The notes: generated by a model not told the origin, from the letters alone. A stretch of DNA of 63,360 nucleotides, filler included, from Octopus bimaculoides (GCF_001194135.2; 6 parts of 5 records of this genome joined end to end with filler, not necessarily neighbours in it), one strand, 5' to 3'. Numbered from the whole stretch's first letter, positions 1 through 10,178 are shown. Translations and numbers: made by a program.

Positions 1-807
1 ATATATATGTATATATATTTGTGTATATATAGAAGCATGTATGTATGTGTGTGTGTGTGCGCGCGTGTGTGTGTGTTAGTGAGTGTGTGCGTGCATGTCT
101 TGTGTCTCTGTGTGTGCGTACAGAGATAGATAGACAGGTAGGTAAGAGAGAGAGAGAGAGAGAGAGTGGGGGAAGAGAAAGTGTGAGATTAACCTTTAAA
201 AAATACATCACCGAGCAGAGCGCAAAAAATAATACCTGAAAAGTACGTGAGAGAAATCATATATTTATATTAAAAATATGATGAAAGAAATACTCTCTTA
301 TTTCATTAAATACACGATGAGAAAAGAAAAAAACATATTTCATGTTAGGTACATGAAAGCGGAAAACATATATTAGACATAAAACACGCTATGTATAAAA
401 TTGAAAGGAAAGAAACTGCCCAGGAAACAAGGGACAAATAGTCATTTACAGAGTTTATATACACAGCAAACTCAATTTACATAATGCATACATATATATA
501 CATACATACATACATGTGTGTGTGCGTGTGTGTATGTGTGTGTGTGTTTATTCCAGGCAGTGACAAGTTCAATGGAAATTAAGTCCAGCCACTTAGAATA
601 AGACACTCAAAGAATAGTGTTTGAGAATGATTAAAGTATAAAGTATTTAATACATAATCGTTAGTCCGACAAAGTATATTTTCTGAGACTAACGATTATG
701 ATTCTATGCATATATACATAAGCATCTACATTGCTAGAAATTAGAGTTAAAAACTTTTGATGTTTTAAGAAGAGCACAATATATATACACTGACAGGGGA
801 GGTAACC

Positions 808-899
808 GCCTCATGACGACCTCTAGAATCACTAGACTAGGCCTAGTTTCGCCTATCCTGTAGGCATCGTCAGTAGTAACTACACAAACGGTCAAGGGC
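808..899 (-). ncRNA. Type I hammerhead ribozyme, intact core, extended helix I
   Basis: Minus strand 881->827 reads AGTTACTA CTGACGA T GCCTA-cagga-TAGGC GAA ACTAGGCCTAGT C TAGTGATT. Core CUGACGA, GAAA and GUC are all canonical. Helix II is 5 bp, helix III is a 12-nt palindrome, helix I is 8 bp (2 G-U). An internal loop and a distal TGACC/GGTCG stem (890-894 / 817-821) follow. Confidence 0.85.
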
Positions 900-974
900 T
901 TGGCTAATTCTGTCCGCCATTATAGATGTTTTTATCATAGAAATGTATGGCTGATTTAGCGAAGTACGTATATA

Positions 975-1028
<54 letters not shown>

Positions 1029-1225
1029 GGATGTGTGTATTTTTCCCTTGTTTACAATTAACACGGAAAAATAGATAAGCAGTTACCAGGCAGCAAAATA
1101 TCACACAAGTAATAAGGACGTAACACCTTGTTTGTAAAAGTAGAAACTCCGGGTTGATGTGAAATAGTTTGTATAATATATATAAATAAATGGAGTTAAG
1201 TGTATGTGTTATTCAAATTCTTTTA

Positions 1226-1312
1226 CTTCCGACACATGTTTCGAAGAAAACATTGGTATTATTCCAAAGGAATAAAATGGTGTAAAACAATGTAATCTTC
1301 TCTTCAGGGAAA
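1226..1312 (-). ncRNA. Type I hammerhead ribozyme with long helix II
   Basis: Minus strand reads TTTCC CTGAAGA GAAGA-tt-ACATTG-[32 nt incl. TTATTCC/GGAATAA hairpin]-CAATGT-tt-TCTTC GAA ACATGTGT C GGAAG. Core CUGAAGA, GAAA and GUC are intact, and G10.1-C11.1 closes helix II. Helix III is self-complementary (with G-U). Helix I is 5 bp and extendable. Confidence 0.75.
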
Positions 1313-1429
1313 GAAAGAAATAAACCAAACTCATCAATAAGATATTTTAATAGAATGTGATGGATGTGTATAATGATGAACGGAACGCTATTAATTTTTT
1401 TTTAAACCGTTAGGGGATATAGACCTTAA

Positions 1430-1730
1430 TCATAAATACATGTTCATATACATACATGTATACATACATACATACATATATTCATTCTTACATGCATGCA
1501 TCCATCCACACATACATACATTCATATATACATACATACATACGTGCATACATCCATCCATCCATCCATACATACATACATACATACATACATACACACA
1601 CACACATACATACACATACATACAAGCACACACATACGTACATACATACCTACAAACGTAAATACATTCATGCTTACATGGTGGTGGTGGTGGTGGTGGT
1701 GGTGGTGGTTGTGGTTGTGGTGGTTGTGGT
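1430..1730. repeat. Compound microsatellite (TACA/CATC/CA)n followed by (GGT/GTT)n, running into a gap
   Basis: Directly visible short tandem repeats. Confidence 0.95.
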
Positions 1731-2724
1731 NNNNNNNNNNNNNNNNNNNNNNNNNNNNNNNNNNNNNNNNNNNNNNNNNNNNNNNNNNNNNNNNNNNNNN
1801 NNNNNNNNNNNNNNNNNNNNNNNNNNNNNNNNNNNNNNNNNNNNNNNNNNNNNNNNNNNNNNNNNNNNNNNNNNNNNNNNNNNNNNNNNNNNNNNNNNNN
1901 NNNNNNNNNNNNNNNNNNNNNNNNNNNNNNNNNNNNNNNNNNNNNNNNNNNNNNNNNNNNNNNNNNNNNNNNNNNNNNNNNNNNNNNNNNNNNNNNNNNN
2001 NNNNNNNNNNNNNNNNNNNNNNNNNNNNNNNNNNNNNNNNNNNNNNNNNNNNNNNNNNNNNNNNNNNNNNNNNNNNNNNNNNNNNNNNNNNNNNNNNNNN
2101 NNNNNNNNNNNNNNNNNNNNNNNNNNNNNNNNNNNNNNNNNNNNNNNNNNNNNNNNNNNNNNNNNNNNNNNNNNNNNNNNNNNNNNNNNNNNNNNNNNNN
2201 NNNNNNNNNNNNNNNNNNNNNNNNNNNNNNNNNNNNNNNNNNNNNNNNNNNNNNNNNNNNNNNNNNNNNNNNNNNNNNNNNNNNNNNNNNNNNNNNNNNN
2301 NNNNNNNNNNNNNNNNNNNNNNNNNNNNNNNNNNNNNNNNNNNNNNNNNNNNNNNNNNNNNNNNNNNNNNNNNNNNNNNNNNNNNNNNNNNNNNNNNNNN
2401 NNNNTATATATATATATATATATATATATTATACTATATATACGTATGTATATGTGTATGTGTGTGTGTGTGTTAATTATTGTTAGATAAGTATACTGCT
2501 GACAGTGACTTCGAAGTTTCAGCCAGCTAAGCCAGTTTCGAAGTGACTGTCAACAACGTTCTCGTATGAGAAAAATAAATCTGTACTCTACAAAAGTATG
2601 GAGTAAAACCCATCAGATTAATGTAACATTAAAAAAAAAATTCAACTGAACATAAAAGAATTATCAATTTATCCGGCTGAGTAAAAAGTAAGCAACGTTT
2701 AATTGTATACTTGTCTGTGGAGTG

Positions 2725-2872
2725 CTCCACAGACAAGTGTACCATTAACGTAGTTCTCGGGAGAGATTCAACGTGACACACAGAGTGTGACAAGGCTGTC
2801 CCTTTGAAATAGAGGTACAACAGAAACAGGAAGAAAGAGTGAGAGAAAGTTGTGTTGAAAGAGTACAACGTC
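2725..2872 (-). mobile_element. SINE body fragment
   Basis: The segment ccacagacaagtgtaccattaacgtagttctc...aacagaaacaggaagaaagagtgagagaaagttgtg resembles an octopus SINE body I recall. Not verified by search. Confidence 0.5.
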
Positions 2873-2892
2873 GGTTGTCAAGTGATGGTGGT

Positions 2893-2927
<35 letters not shown>

Positions 2928-2954
2928 CCGGGAATCATATGAATCGTGATTGAG

Positions 2955-3201
2955 AACCATTGCTCTAGACATTGCTGTTTCGATTCCTAGACCCTATGGG
3001 GCCCTTTTCCTAGTTTCCTCGGCATCATGTTCCTCTTGAACGGAACGCCAGTCCGTTGCAGAATTATTCATCTACGACTGAGTGAACTGAATCAACGTCA
3101 AATACAGTGTTTTACGCAAAAACACAACGCACCAGCCAGTCTGGGTATCGAAACTACGATCTTGCAATCGGGCGCACAGCACCCTAACCACTAAGCTATG
3201 C
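2955..3201 (-). mobile_element. tRNA-derived SINE
   Basis: Minus-strand head with Pol III A box TAGCTTAGTGG (3188-3198) and B box GTTTCGATACC (3144-3154), followed by a non-tRNA body. Confidence 0.7.
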
Positions 3202-3540
3202 ATTGTCACTTCTGTATTCTATGGTGCTTGCAAATTACAAACGCGGCAGTTATTTTGCAGAGCTTTTTTCTTACCTATCACCTCCATAGTGGCAAGTAAG
3301 CTTGTTGCTTTTCTTTTCGCTGTGTGGTAGCAGCTGTTTTTGAAATATATTGGCGTTGAATATTAGGATAAGTATTCTTCGACACAAAAACAAGAATGTC
3401 ATATGTGTTTCTTTTTTTTTTTTTTAAATAGTAAAATCAAATACGGAAAACTAAGAAGCAAACTGCTGTTGTGCTATTTTCTTATGATAGAACAGAGATT
3501 GGGTAAAAATCATATTTTGTATAATGATAATGGTTTCCAA

Positions 3541-3762
3541 GGCGGCGAGCTGGCAGAAACGGTAGCACGTCGAGAGAAATGCTTGGCGACATTTCGTCTG
3601 TCTTTACGTTCTGAGTTCAAATTCCGCCGGGGGTCGACTTTGCCTTTCATCATTTCGATGTCGATAAATTATGTATCAGTTGCGTACTGGGGCGGGTCGA
3701 TCTAATCGACCAGCCCCCTCCCCTAAAAATTTCGGATCTTGTTCCTAGAACAGAAAAGAAAA
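3541..3762 (+). mobile_element. tRNA-derived SINE, family B (head GGCGGCGAGCTGGCAGAA)
   Basis: A-box-like head and B box GAGTTCAAATTCC. Homologous copies at 3798-3943, 7545-7737, 51704-51880, 56535-56648 and 58745-58945. Confidence 0.85.
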
Positions 3763-3797
3763 GAATGATAACAGTTTTATTGAGAAAGAGTAGAAGT

Positions 3798-3943
3798 ATT
3801 ACATCGACCCAAATACTTTAGTTTATCGATTCTGAAAGGCAAAGTTGGCGTCGGTAAGATTTGAGCTCAAAATGCAGAGATCGTGAACAAATGGCGTAGA
3901 GCTAATAATTACGATGCGCTAACGAATCTGCCATCTCACCGCC
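3798..3943 (-). mobile_element. SINE family B, diverged inverted copy
   Basis: Reverse complement aligns to the head and body of 3541-3705 (aggcggtgagatggcagattcgttagcgc...tgagctcaaatc...gtcgatgtaat). Confidence 0.75.
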
Positions 3944-5729
3944 TTTCAATTTACAGTAGATTAAAAATACGTAGTTTACTTTAAGTCATCTCATCTTGGC
4001 CAATCCAACCCCCTTTTTTAAAGGGGTCCTATGTCTTGTGTTGCTCGGGACCCTTCAGCTCCTGATACAGTAAAAGAAGTATGAAGTATGTCATGAAGTA
4101 TGATGGCTTGTGTTGTTGGTATTTAAAATTCTGTGGAGATTATACCTTTCCAGACGAACACTTCCAGAGAAAAGGAAGAAGCTTGTATCTGATTACAGCT
4201 AATTAATTCCAGAGAGGAGAAAGAGGACGAAAGAGAAAAAAAACAAGAAAAAAAAGAAGAAAGGAAGGAAAAAAGAAGAAAAAGAGAGACAGAGAGAAAA
4301 ATGAAGGAAGAAAAGAAAGAGATTCGGCTTTTGTGTACTAGACTGCTGCTTTATTTAACGTTCCTGAAGAGGTGAAGTGTTGAGTTGAACTCGGCGAGAT
4401 TTGGGCCCAGAACGCTGAAAACCGGAGCGAATATCTCTAGGCAGACAAGCCGACAGTCTAACAATCTTGTCCCTTTGCAGCCTCCATAGATACGAAAAGC
4501 GGAATATTTACTGTTCCTTATCGAACTGGAATAGAATCACGGAGCAAATTCAATAAACGTCGCTTGTTGGGTTTCGATGGCAACAGATAAGTTAGACTTG
4601 AGTCTGTAGCATACAAAAACCTAGAAAATTTCTGTGTACAAATGTAAACTGGAAACTTTATGACCATATATGGTAAATTGCAATAAAACTGAAAATGTTT
4701 ATTTACATATAATGAGTAAATAATAAATACTTATAAATGATAATGAAAATACAATAAGTTTATTAAATCATTATTTCATGATTTTCAAGCCTAAATATAC
4801 ATTATTGCTTGTTAATTAAAATTGAGTAAATAATAATAATTATTTCTAATAAACAAACAAGAATGAAAAAGATGATTTTATTTAATTCTTATAGCCTAAA
4901 TATATTACACTATATTTTACACAGTAGCTTCTTAATTTTAATTATTTCATTAAAAAAATGTGCTTTTGGCGTTGTTTAATTAAAATTTATGAAAAACATT
5001 TCTTTTTCTTTTTCGAATCCGCTACTGCCTGGAGACTAATATATCTATTGGCTGCAGTCATCGAAAACGCGTAACAGCAGCAGCCTGAGAAATATACTCA
5101 ACTTATCAGAAAAGAAATGTTATGCTAAATTGTGTCTTTTCCCTTCTGTCCACATTCATTCTATAAATATAGCCCTCGGCAACCTATAATCTCTCCTGTT
5201 ACGAGGCTACAGTGACACGAAGAATATTCTTTTAACATTGCAAGTTATGCAATTATTTCGATCCATCCAGTTTTGTATTTTTTTCTACTACCTTTATATG
5301 GTTTGACCAGAGCTGGTAGAGCGGTCAAACTGTTCTTTTATGCAAGGTTTCCAAGAAGAATAAGATGAGAGACAGATGTTATCCAGAGGGTGGATTCCTT
5401 GGTTTCCGCTAAAAGCAACATTTCAGAAATAAATAATAATTTTTTTTTTTATGAAAACTCTCAGCTTATTTTGATGAGTATGATGGAAAGGGTCAGCTGC
5501 CCACAGCCAGCAGACTAAGGTGACACTTGTTTACTGGTCATGCTTCAGTTCATCATTGTGAACCTCAATCTAATCAAGGTTAACTTCGAATTCGGTATCG
5601 TCAGCCTCAATTTCGATTACGTTATCGTTAACCTCGTCATCGTCTACTTAAATGCCATAATGGCTGGATCAAATGCATTTATTTATTTTCATTTCATTTT
5701 ATTTCATTTACTTATTTGTTTTCTATTGA

Positions 5730-6338
5730 CAGACGGTGATAAAACGCCATGAAAAGGATGAAAAAGTGGTAGCAATTGCACGATCTTTTGGGATGAGTCG
5801 GACAATTGTATTGACGATTGTACATAATAAGGACAAGATTTTAGCACATGTCAAATCTGAAGCTCCAGGGATGAAGAACACTGTCATTAATATGAAAAGA
5901 GGCAAAATCTTTGAAGAAATGGAAAGTATTCTTTTTCTTTTGATTGTTAGGTTGGACGAAGAGGATTTCACAGATTTATTTGAAAAAGACAAGCAGCCCC
6001 TGACAAACGAGGGTTTGATAGATCTTCACGAGCAGTAAAGTAAAGAAGTGGAAGTCGAACCTGAGCCACGTCACTTTACCATTAAGAAAATGCAGCAAGC
6101 ATTTGCATATATCAAAAAAGGTCTTTCTATGTTCGAAGCTCAACGCTTTTCCAAGATTATGGAGGCATGTCACGAAACTTTTGCTCCTTATAATGTAATC
6201 CTTGAGGAAAAAAAGAAGACAGTTCGAGGAACGTTCAACCGGCTTTTTTTAAGCGCATCGATGTTGGCGATCCAGATCCATCTACATCCGCGATGTAAAC
6301 CATTAAATTATATGTACATATTGGTAAATTCAAAATAA
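5730..6338 (+). pseudogene. Internally deleted Tigger/pogo-like transposase (CENP-B-type HTH joined to C-terminal region, DDE domain absent)
   Basis: VIKRHEKDEKVVAIARSFGMSRTIVLTIVHNKDKIL resembles the pogo/Tigger N-terminal HTH. It is fused in frame to LDEEDFTDLF...PLTNEGLIDL...FTIKKMQQAF, typical of Tigger C-termini. One TAA at 6036-6038 separates the two in-frame ORFs. TIRs were not recognised. Confidence 0.75.
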
Positions 6339-6919
6339 TTTACTTTGTTTTTTACTATTACAAAATAATAATAATTACTAAATTTGTTTTTTAAGCTTAA
6401 AAAATGCTTTTTATTTTACCATGTCTTATTGCAAACCGCATTCATAAATAAAGCGTCCACAAAGTACGGTGAACACCACCAGATTGTATTCGTAAATTTA
6501 GATTACATTTTTTCTTACTGTACTGCATTAAAAAATTAAAATGATTTGCTTGTAAGCTTAAAATAGGCTTTTATTAACCATGTATTATTGAAAATGCATT
6601 CATAAATAAAGTACAGAACTGGGAATGGTTATTATCGGTTTAGTCTAGAGGCAAGTAAATTCGGCCTAGCCTAGAGACAAGTTAATTCGACCTAAGTCGT
6701 GTCTCCTGAACCCAATCAACGACGTAGGATGAAGTATGCTTTTATATATATATAATATGATAGGCAAAAATAAATATCAACTTAATCTTTTATTCGTTAT
6801 TCACATTTCTTAGAAACTCTGTTAACATTCTTTTACGAATATGTTGACAGAGTTAATAAATAAGAGAGTGGTGTTATTTATTTTCGTCTTCGACGTGTTG
6901 TATATGTATATATAAAAGA

Positions 6920-7087
6920 ACACGCAATTTTACATTTAATATATATGTGTGTGTGCGTGTGTGAGTGTGTGTGTATGTATGTATGTATGTATGTATGTAT
7001 GTATGTATATATATATATATATATACATACATACATACATGTGTGTGTGAGTGTGTGTGTATGTATGTATGTATGTATGTATGTATG

Positions 7088-7122
<35 letters not shown>
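6920..7122. repeat. Compound (TG)/(TATG)/(TA) microsatellite
   Basis: Directly visible. Confidence 0.95.
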
Positions 7123-7124
<2 letters not shown>

Positions 7125-7544
7125 GGTAATATGAAGAGTGACAACTTTTATTATGCAAAACTTGTAGTCCTTTACAAAATATTTAATGTTTACATACTTG
7201 TACAATTCTGTGACAAGTAATTACTGATGCCGACGTCTTTCATCGCAAAGAAGAAAACGTTCGTTCCACGGTACAATGACGATATTTAAGTTGACGATGG
7301 TCCAGCTTTAATTAGCTCACACCATTGACTCTGTACTTATAAAAGTTTTTCTAGTTGCTGACATTAATGTCAATTTTTTACAAAGTGATATTAATGGCCG
7401 ATGTCTTATAGTAACTGATCTGGCTGGAAACAAACTGAAATATAGTTACTGATGAGTATATGCTAATGGATATATATTTGTGCTTCCGGTAGAAAAGGAT
7501 AATTAAACTGTCAGGACAACAAAGACATTAACTTCAAACTGTGA

Positions 7545-7737
7545 CGCAAGGTTGGCAAGTTCGAGTGTTGCGGTTGGTCGATTACGTCGACCCCAGTGCT
7601 CAGCTGGCCCTTATTTTATCGACCTTCAAAAACAAAGTCGACCTGGGTGGAATTTCAAATCAGAACGTAAATACGGACGAAATACCGGTGAGCATTTTTC
7701 TCCGGCATAATAACGACTTTACCTGCTCACCGCCTTC
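7545..7737 (-). mobile_element. SINE family B
   Basis: Reverse complement of the 3541 family, ending ...cctgctcaccgcc. Confidence 0.8.
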
Positions 7738-7990
7738 AAGGTAATTCAGATATTAATAGTTATTTAAATATTTAATCGTTAATTGCTTTAAATGTACAGT
7801 ATTCACATTAGCTGCGACTAGGAAAAGTAATGTGGCTTTGTCAAAGATTTCGTGAACTTTTAAAGAGAAGATTCCATTTGTTTTACAGAAATATTAATAT
7901 ATTTTGAAGTTTTGTAGAAATGGCTAAAATTTGCATATAGCGTAAGAGTTGATTATCTACAAAGTCTCTAATACCTTCAGGCACCGAACA

Positions 7991-8038
<48 letters not shown>

Positions 8039-8261
8039 ATGCATACATATGTATACATACATATATATACAAACATACAAACACATGCGCAAACAGGCTC
8101 ATACACACGCACATACACATACATATACATATATATGCCTATATATACGCATATACACACATACCTACACACATACACACACAAGTATACATATATGTAA
8201 ATTTATATATATATGCATATACATATATACATACAAACACACACATACACATACACACACG

Positions 8262-8340
8262 TCTATATCAATAAAAGCGAAATTTTGGCTGTCCGTCCGC
8301 CTGTCTGTCCCAGACCCCTGCATCTGTCTACATTTGCTCT
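8262..8340 (+). mobile_element. Possible Helitron/Helentron-associated (DINE-1-like) 5' end
   Basis: TCTATATCAATAAAAGCGAAATTTTGGCTGTCCGTCCGCCTGTCTGTCC is a TC start, AT-rich leader and GTCY microsatellite, as in HINE/DINE-1 elements. No 3' hairpin/CTRR end was found. Confidence 0.35.
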
Positions 8341-9074
8341 ACATAAACATATAATACCTTTTTGGAATAAGGATGATCCCAGGATTGAAAATCTACCCTT
8401 CATTTCATTGTTGAACATCCAGCTTTGGGACCTGATTTAAAAGCATTTGGGTTGCTATTTCTAGCAAGTAAAGGTTGACTGATTCACGCCATTTTGGTTG
8501 ACATTTGTCAGATGACGTCAGAGATGAAGGGGAGATAAATGACATTCGCTTCGTTAATATTACGTCGTGATAAGAACTTTGGAACGAATTAGCCAAAAGC
8601 TGGAATTCAACTTGAGTGACTGCATTACAGAATTAATTCTCATCCGTCCTTAACCTCTGATCAAACACCACCGGAGCATATAGTCATCATAGACGTTTTA
8701 TATTCATGCTACTTACTATTTAGCTCTCTTTAGTTTTGGGCCGTACACCCAATTAGCCTTCCGCAGGAGCTAGCCTAAAAGTCTGCACGAAGTGTGGCTT
8801 TTAAGCTGGTGTATATATATATATATATAATATATATATNNNNNNNNNNNNNNNNNNNNNNNNNNNNNNNNNNNNNNNNNNNNNNNNNNNNNNNNNNNNN
8901 NNNNNNNNNNNNNNNNNNNNNNNNNNNNNNNNNNNNNNNNNNNNNNNNNNNNNNNNNNNNNNNNNNNNNNNNNNNNNNNNNNNNNNNNNNNNNNNNNNNN
9001 NNNNNNNNNNNNNNNNNNNNNNNNNNNNNNNNNNNNNNNNNNNNNNNNNNNNNNNNNNNNNNNNNNNNNNNNNN

Positions 9075-9850
9075 ATATACGATGCTGGTGTGTTTACCGT
9101 AACTTAGCATTTCGGCAAAAGAGAACGATAAAATAAGTACTAGGCTTACAAAGAATAAGTCCTGGGGTCGATTTGCTCGACTAAAGGCGGTGCTCCAGTA
9201 TTGCCGCAGTCAAAATGACCAAAACAAATAAAAGAATATAAATATGAGTGACTGTGTGGTAAGTAGCTTGCTTACCAACCACATGGCTCTGGGTACAGTC
9301 CCACTGCGTGGAACCTTGGGCAAATGTCTTCTACTATAGCTTTGGGCCGACCAAAGCCTTGTGAGTGGATTTGGTAGACGGAAACTGAAAGAGGCCCGTC
9401 GTATATATATATGTATATGCATATATATATATATGTGTGTGTGTGTGTGTTTGATGTTTGTGTTTGTCCCCCCCACCCCAACATCGCTTGACAAACGATG
9501 CTTGTGTGTTTATGTCCCCGTAACTTAGTGGTTCGGCAAAAGAGACCGATAGAATAAGTACTAGGCTTACGAAAGAATAAGTCCTGGGGTCGATTTTCTC
9601 GACTAAAGGCGGTGCTCCAGCATGGCCGTAGTGCAAAGGACCGAAACAAATAAAAAAACACAAATAATAGGCGTAGGAGTGGCTGTGTGGTAAGTAGCTT
9701 GCTTACCAACCACATGGTCCCGGGTTCAGTCCCACTGCGTGGCATCTTGGGCAAGTGTCTTCTACTATGGCTTCGGGCCGACCAAAGCCTTGTGAGTGGA
9801 TTTGGTAGACGGAAACTGAAAGAAGCCCGTCGTATATATATATGTATATG
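9075..9850 (+). mobile_element. Head-to-tail array of three family A SINEs (head GGCGTAGGAGTGGCTGTGTGGTAAG)
   Basis: 3' half at 9075-9236, a full copy at 9246-9660 with an internal (TA)n(TG)n tract, and a 5' half at 9671-9850. B-box-like GGTTCAGTCCC. The CTTGGGCAAGTGTC and GGAAACTGAAAG segments resemble the CORE-SINE domain. Confidence 0.9.
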
Positions 9851-9950
9851 NNNNNNNNNNNNNNNNNNNNNNNNNNNNNNNNNNNNNNNNNNNNTTAATT
9901 AATTAANNNNNNNNNNNNNNNNNNNNNNNNNNNNNNNNNNNNNNNNNNNN
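9851..9950. other. Artificial 100-bp gap marker (44 N + TTAATTAATTAA + 44 N)
   Basis: The identical 44+12+44 layout recurs five times in the window. Confidence 0.97.
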
Positions 9951-10059
9951 TATATATATATATATATATATATAACAGACACACATACACACACACACAC
10001 ACACATACACACACATATATATACATATGTAGATACACACACAGACACACACACACATA

Positions 10060-10178
10060 GCCATAGAAACCTTGTCAAATCAGATTAGAGTGTTGCAGCA
10101 CCTCAGCTTACCAGCCCAAGTCAAACCGTCCAATCCATGCCATCATGGACAATGGATGTTATATGATGATGATGACAA
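10060..10178 (+). mobile_element. RTE-type 3' terminus with (GAT)n tail
   Basis: caagtcaaaccgtccaatccatgccatcatgg...gatgatgatgac is the reverse complement of the termini at 19030, 20142 and 22708. Confidence 0.65.

Noticed and set aside
1679-1730. G-rich repeat before a gap, possible telomeric seed
   Set aside because: It is (GGT)n/(GTT)n, not TTAGGG.
3120-3201. tRNA-like A and B boxes (also in SINE families A and B)
   Set aside because: No complete cloverleaf or acceptor stem, and they continue into multi-copy SINE bodies, so they are SINE heads rather than tRNA genes.
6370-6612. Diverged ~80-bp local duplication (TAAGCTTAAAA...CATTCATAAATAAAG twice)
   Set aside because: Real but ordinary: a short AT-rich duplication at the Tigger 3' flank with no further signal.
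6640-6715. Small multi-stem structure (GAGACA/TGTCTC, CGAC/GTCG) with a 25-bp tandem duplication, superficially hammerhead-like
   Set aside because: Lacks CUGANGA and GAAA on either strand.
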